From Parcubacteria group bacterium (lineage in GTDB: Bacteria > Patescibacteriota > Minisyncoccia > Minisyncoccales > JAGUVE01): 26,190 nt of DNA. The DNA lies in contig JAGUVE010000030.1 in assembly GCA_020063075.1 (NCBI GenBank), positions 1 through 26,190 on the forward strand. Direction: 5' to 3'. This document shows positions 23,195 to 26,190 of this stretch, piece after piece. Numbering within the stretch: the first letter of the stretch is position 1; the number at the start of each line of letters is the position of its first letter. The position numbers and the translations under genes are program-made. The notes below the pieces were generated by a model. That model saw nothing but the letters and a program-made list of their open reading frames with translations, did no database searches and was not told where the DNA came from.

Positions 23195-23285
23195 AGTTTA
23201 GATTATTTCGAAATTCGGAAATTTCGGAAAATTTAAATTTAAAAAATTTCTGAAAATTTATAGTGGTAATACTAAGTTAAGTCGC

Positions 23286-24506
23286 TCACCCCGACCCCCT
23301 TCCGATTTGTGAAGCGCAATAACATAACAAAGGAGAAATATATTGAGGAGATAAGTTTAAATTTTTAAATTGGAGAAGTTCTACTTTCGGAGAGGCGGCA
23401 AAAGAAATATCTTCCCAGTCGCCCTGCTCTAATATTTCTTCAATTTCCGGCAAAAGAGCGCCCCCGCCGAAAATAAAGAGCTCGGAAGGAAAAATTCCGG
23501 AACTCATTTCTTTTAATTTTTCTTTTAGATTTTTAAACCAGCTCCAAGCCCCAATTTCAAAGAATTTACTTATTCTTTTTCGCGAATCTTCGGTTACATC
23601 TCTTTTTGCATACTGGTGCTTCAATGCCCTGGCTGCGGGCTCATCCAGCCCCAATCTTTCTGAAAGCGCATTGGAAAAATCCTTTCCGCCCCCCTTGAAT
23701 TCGCATATTTTTTCAAGCAGACCTTTTTTTGCCAAAAAAATCTGGGTTACTTCTCCTCCTATATCAAGAAAAATACCCTCCGGCTCTTGACTTAAAAAAG
23801 GAATTAAACCTTCAACTTCATTGTTCACTCCTGAAATTTCAAAACCCAGCTCTTTAACTATATTCTCCTCTGAATAATATTTCGGAAGAAGGGCGGCTAA
23901 AAGACGAAATTCCAGATTTTTCCCGTCAAAATCAGAAATGTCGGGTACGGCGTATCCGTCTATCTTTGTCTCCAGAATTTTTAAACTGAGAAGTCGGAGG
24001 TCTTCCGGCAAAATCCCCCGTTCTTCGGCATGAATTTTTGCAATCTCTTTTCTTCCTTTTTCAAGAATTTCTTTCAAAATTTCTTCTTTTTCTTTTTTTT
24101 CAATGAGGCCCCCTTCTTTTCTTTTATGGGACTGAAAAATGACTCTGCTGACAAAGATGTTCGGCGGCAAGCCCAAAATAAGGGCTTTCTTTTTTATTCC
24201 GCTCTCTCTTTCCAAATCCGCAATTGATTTTAAAATAGTTCTTTTTATTACTTCTCTTTCAAACTGCGAAGTTGAGAAAGCGCTGAACCTGTCATAGTAT
24301 TCCAAAGAGCTTCCCAAAACAGATATTTTTTCTTCCTCGCCTGCCGCGGCTGAAGCTAAGGCGGGTTTCTTTTCTAAAATTAAACCTTTTACACTTTCCG
24401 TCCCGATATCTAAAACAAAATGAATTTCCGGTTTCGGAGCCCGGGAAAAAAAATTCAACAAGTTTTTATTTCTGAATTTTTCAAATCCCGAAATAAAGAA
24501 TCTCAT
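23286..24506 (-). CDS. FtsA/PilM-like actin-fold ATPase (start moved to ATG 24506)
   Basis: LDIGTESVK, FLDIGGEVTQI, GGKDFSNALSERLG..AEALK-like segment, IFGGGALL. Confidence 0.7.
   Translation of the reverse strand: MRFFISGFEKFRNKNLLNFFSRAPKPEIHFVLDIGTESVKGLILEKKPALASAAAGEEEKISVLGSSLEYYDRFSAFSTSQFEREVIKRTILKSIADLERESGIKKKALILGLPPNIFVSRVIFQSHKRKEGGLIEKKEKEEILKEILEKGRKEIAKIHAEERGILPEDLRLLSLKILETKIDGYAVPDISDFDGKNLEFRLLAALLPKYYSEENIVKELGFEISGVNNEVEGLIPFLSQEPEGIFLDIGGEVTQIFLAKKGLLEKICEFKGGGKDFSNALSERLGLDEPAARALKHQYAKRDVTEDSRKRISKFFEIGAWSWFKNLKEKLKEMSSGIFPSELFIFGGGALLPEIEEILEQGDWEDISFAASPKVELLQFKNLNLSPQYISPLLCYCASQIGRGSG
24340..24365. repeat. In-frame palindromic insertion in the FtsA-like gene (encodes PALASAAAG)
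   Basis: cctgccgcggctgaagctaaggcggg: CCTGCC/GGCGGG stem with an internal GGCT/AGCT helix. Confidence 0.5.
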
Positions 24507-24512
24507 TGCTAA

Positions 24513-24540
24513 ATTATACAAAAATTACCTATTTTTGCAA
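24513..24540 (-). promoter_or_regulatory. sigma70 promoter of the FtsA-like gene, overlapping the alaS 3' end; probably leaderless
   Basis: TTGCAA (24540-24535), N16, TATAAT (24518-24513), 6 nt, ATG (24506). Confidence 0.65.
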
Positions 24541-26190
24541 AACTGCCCTGATTCTCCTTACCCCGGCTCCCGAACTTTCCTCTTTTATAATTTCAAGATG
24601 GCCGATTTCCGATGTTCTTTTGACATGAGGACCGGCACAAATCTCTCTGGAAAAAACCCGCCCTGAAGGATCCGAAGGGTTGCCTGCGGAATAAACCGAA
24701 ACTCTCTCTGGATATTTTTCTTTAAAAAAGGCCAAAGCGCCGGATTTTATCGCCTCCTCATAACTCATTTCTTCTTTTTTTACTTCTAAATCCTCTTTTA
24801 TTTTTTGATTGACTAAATCCTCAACTTTTTTTATTTCTTCCTCGGTCATTTTTTGGGGATGAGAAAAATCAAATCGCAATCTTTGGGCTGTGATATCCGA
24901 ACCCATTTGCTTGACATTTACTCCTAAAATTTCTCTCAAGGCGGTATGAAGCAAGTGAGTAGCAGTATGAAGTTTTGTCGCCTCATAACTCGCCTCTTTG
25001 CCAACTCCGCCGAATTTTTTTTCTGCCCCGGCCCGCGAAATTTCCTGATGTTTTTTCAAAGCTTCGTCAAAATCTTTTCTTAAACGTTCTTTATCTATCT
25101 TTACGCCTTTTTCTTCTATTATTTCTATAATAAACGCTAAAGGCGTTCCAGAGCTTTCATATAAACGAAATGCTTCCTCTCCGCTGATACTTCCCTTAGC
25201 AATAATAAGCGAAGTAGCTTCTTTTATTCCTTGAACCAAAGTTTTCTCAAATTTTTCTTCTTCGTTTTGAATTGCAGTTAAAATATCAGTTTCTTTTGAT
25301 TTGATTTCAGGATAAACCTCTTTATAAATTTCAATCGCTATTTGAGATAAAGGAATCAAAAAATTCTTAGGTAAATTTAACAACTTGCCGTATCTAATCG
25401 CCCTCCTCAAAATTCTCCTTAAAACATATCCCCTTTCAACATTTGAAGAAAAAATACCTTCGGAAATCAAAAAAACAGCCGATTTTGTATGGTCGGCAAT
25501 AATGCGATAGGATTTAGAATTTAGAAGATAGGATTTAGGAGTATTTTTCTCGATTTCCTGAATGAGGGGTAAAAACAGGTCAGTTTCAAATACGCTCGGT
25601 TTATTTTGAACTGCCATCGTCAACCTCTCCAAACCCATACCGGTATCAACGCCCTTTTGTTTTAGGGGCGTTAATTCCCCTTTTTCATCTTGAAAATACT
25701 CGTTAAAAACCAAATTCCAAAGTTCGGTATCATTTATATGAAACTCAACTGTCGGGCCGCAGGGCCCCTCTTTGCCGGTTGGTCCCCAGAAATTATCGGC
25801 TCTTCCGCATTTTTTTATTTTGTTTTCCGGAACTCCCAGTTTTTTTAAGATCAAAAACGATTCTTCGTCAAAAGGAACAGCTTGCCCTGAGCCTGCCGAA
25901 GGGTCCCCGCCAAAAACCGTAAAGATAAAATCGTCTTTCTTTAACTTTAATTCTTCAAAAATGAACTCAAAAGCGAATTTTACCGCCTCTTCTTTAAAAT
26001 ACTCGCCGAAGCTGAAGTTGCCCAGCATCTCAAGAAAAGTCAAATGCGATTCGTCGCCAACCGACTCAATATCGGAAGTCCGAAAACATTTCTGGCAGGA
26101 AACAGCTCTTTTTCCAAAAGGAGATGGTTTGCCGATGAAATATTCTTTAAACTGCTGCATTCCGGCCGTCGTAAATAAAACCGAGGGGTC
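24529..26190 (-). CDS. alaS: Alanine--tRNA ligase, short form without C-Ala domain; 5' end outside the window
   Basis: Frame open to 26190: DPSVLFTTAGMQQFK; QKCFRTSD, HLTFLEMLGNFSFG, GPCGP, VDTGMGLERL, editing HTATH and EICAGPHV, ends GVRRIRAVLQK. Confidence 0.96.
   Translation of the reverse strand, partial: DPSVLFTTAGMQQFKEYFIGKPSPFGKRAVSCQKCFRTSDIESVGDESHLTFLEMLGNFSFGEYFKEEAVKFAFEFIFEELKLKKDDFIFTVFGGDPSAGSGQAVPFDEESFLILKKLGVPENKIKKCGRADNFWGPTGKEGPCGPTVEFHINDTELWNLVFNEYFQDEKGELTPLKQKGVDTGMGLERLTMAVQNKPSVFETDLFLPLIQEIEKNTPKSYLLNSKSYRIIADHTKSAVFLISEGIFSSNVERGYVLRRILRRAIRYGKLLNLPKNFLIPLSQIAIEIYKEVYPEIKSKETDILTAIQNEEEKFEKTLVQGIKEATSLIIAKGSISGEEAFRLYESSGTPLAFIIEIIEEKGVKIDKERLRKDFDEALKKHQEISRAGAEKKFGGVGKEASYEATKLHTATHLLHTALREILGVNVKQMGSDITAQRLRFDFSHPQKMTEEEIKKVEDLVNQKIKEDLEVKKEEMSYEEAIKSGALAFFKEKYPERVSVYSAGNPSDPSGRVFSREICAGPHVKRTSEIGHLEIIKEESSGAGVRRIRAVLQK
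24661..24679. repeat. In-frame mini-repeat CCCTGA-N5-CCGAAGGG in alaS (encodes PSDPSG)
   Basis: ccctgaaggatccgaaggg; 14/19 identical to 25885-25903. Confidence 0.55.
25885..25903. repeat. In-frame mini-repeat CCCTGA-N5-CCGAAGGG in alaS (encodes PSAGSG)
   Basis: ccctgagcctgccgaaggg inside VFGGD-PSAGSGQA-VPFDEES. Confidence 0.6.

Overview
Chromosomal window from a bacterium that most likely belongs to the Patescibacteria/CPR, Parcubacteria-like. This placement is inferred from a PEGA protein, an FtsA-like plus baseplate-J-like gene pair, a short AlaRS and an extended S11; the standard genetic code is used. The housekeeping backbone is rseP (partial), frr, holB, mreB and murA on the left, and on the right a SAM methyltransferase, rpsI-rplM-rplQ-rpoA-rpsD-rpsK-rpsM-rpmJ-infA, a baseplate-J-like gene, an ftsA-like gene and alaS (partial). 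Two accessory blocks lie between. (1) A coenzyme A operon using the ARCHAEAL route: pantoate kinase, then phosphopantothenate synthetase (split by +1 A in an A11 tract), then coaC, a 739-aa Cys-repeat protein and coaB. Two related structured intergenic elements precede pok and coaC. (2) A ~5.2-kb AT-rich defence island bounded by a duplicated terminator/-35 sequence. It carries a RelE-type toxin-antitoxin pair and two unknown membrane proteins sitting between fossil hsdM and hsdS ends. It also carries a full LexA repressor (HTH, Ala-Gly site, Ser/Lys dyad) fused to an N4-cytosine DNA methyltransferase, convergent with a BsaWI-like endonuclease split by +1 A in an A8 tract. Other signals: short palindromes inserted in-frame in AlaRS, the FtsA-like protein and possibly HolB; an RpoA with no alpha-CTD; and several near-consensus sigma70 promoters placed for leaderless translation. 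No rRNA, tRNA, CRISPR array, integrase or transposase was seen. Family assignments come from motif recognition by eye, not database searches.
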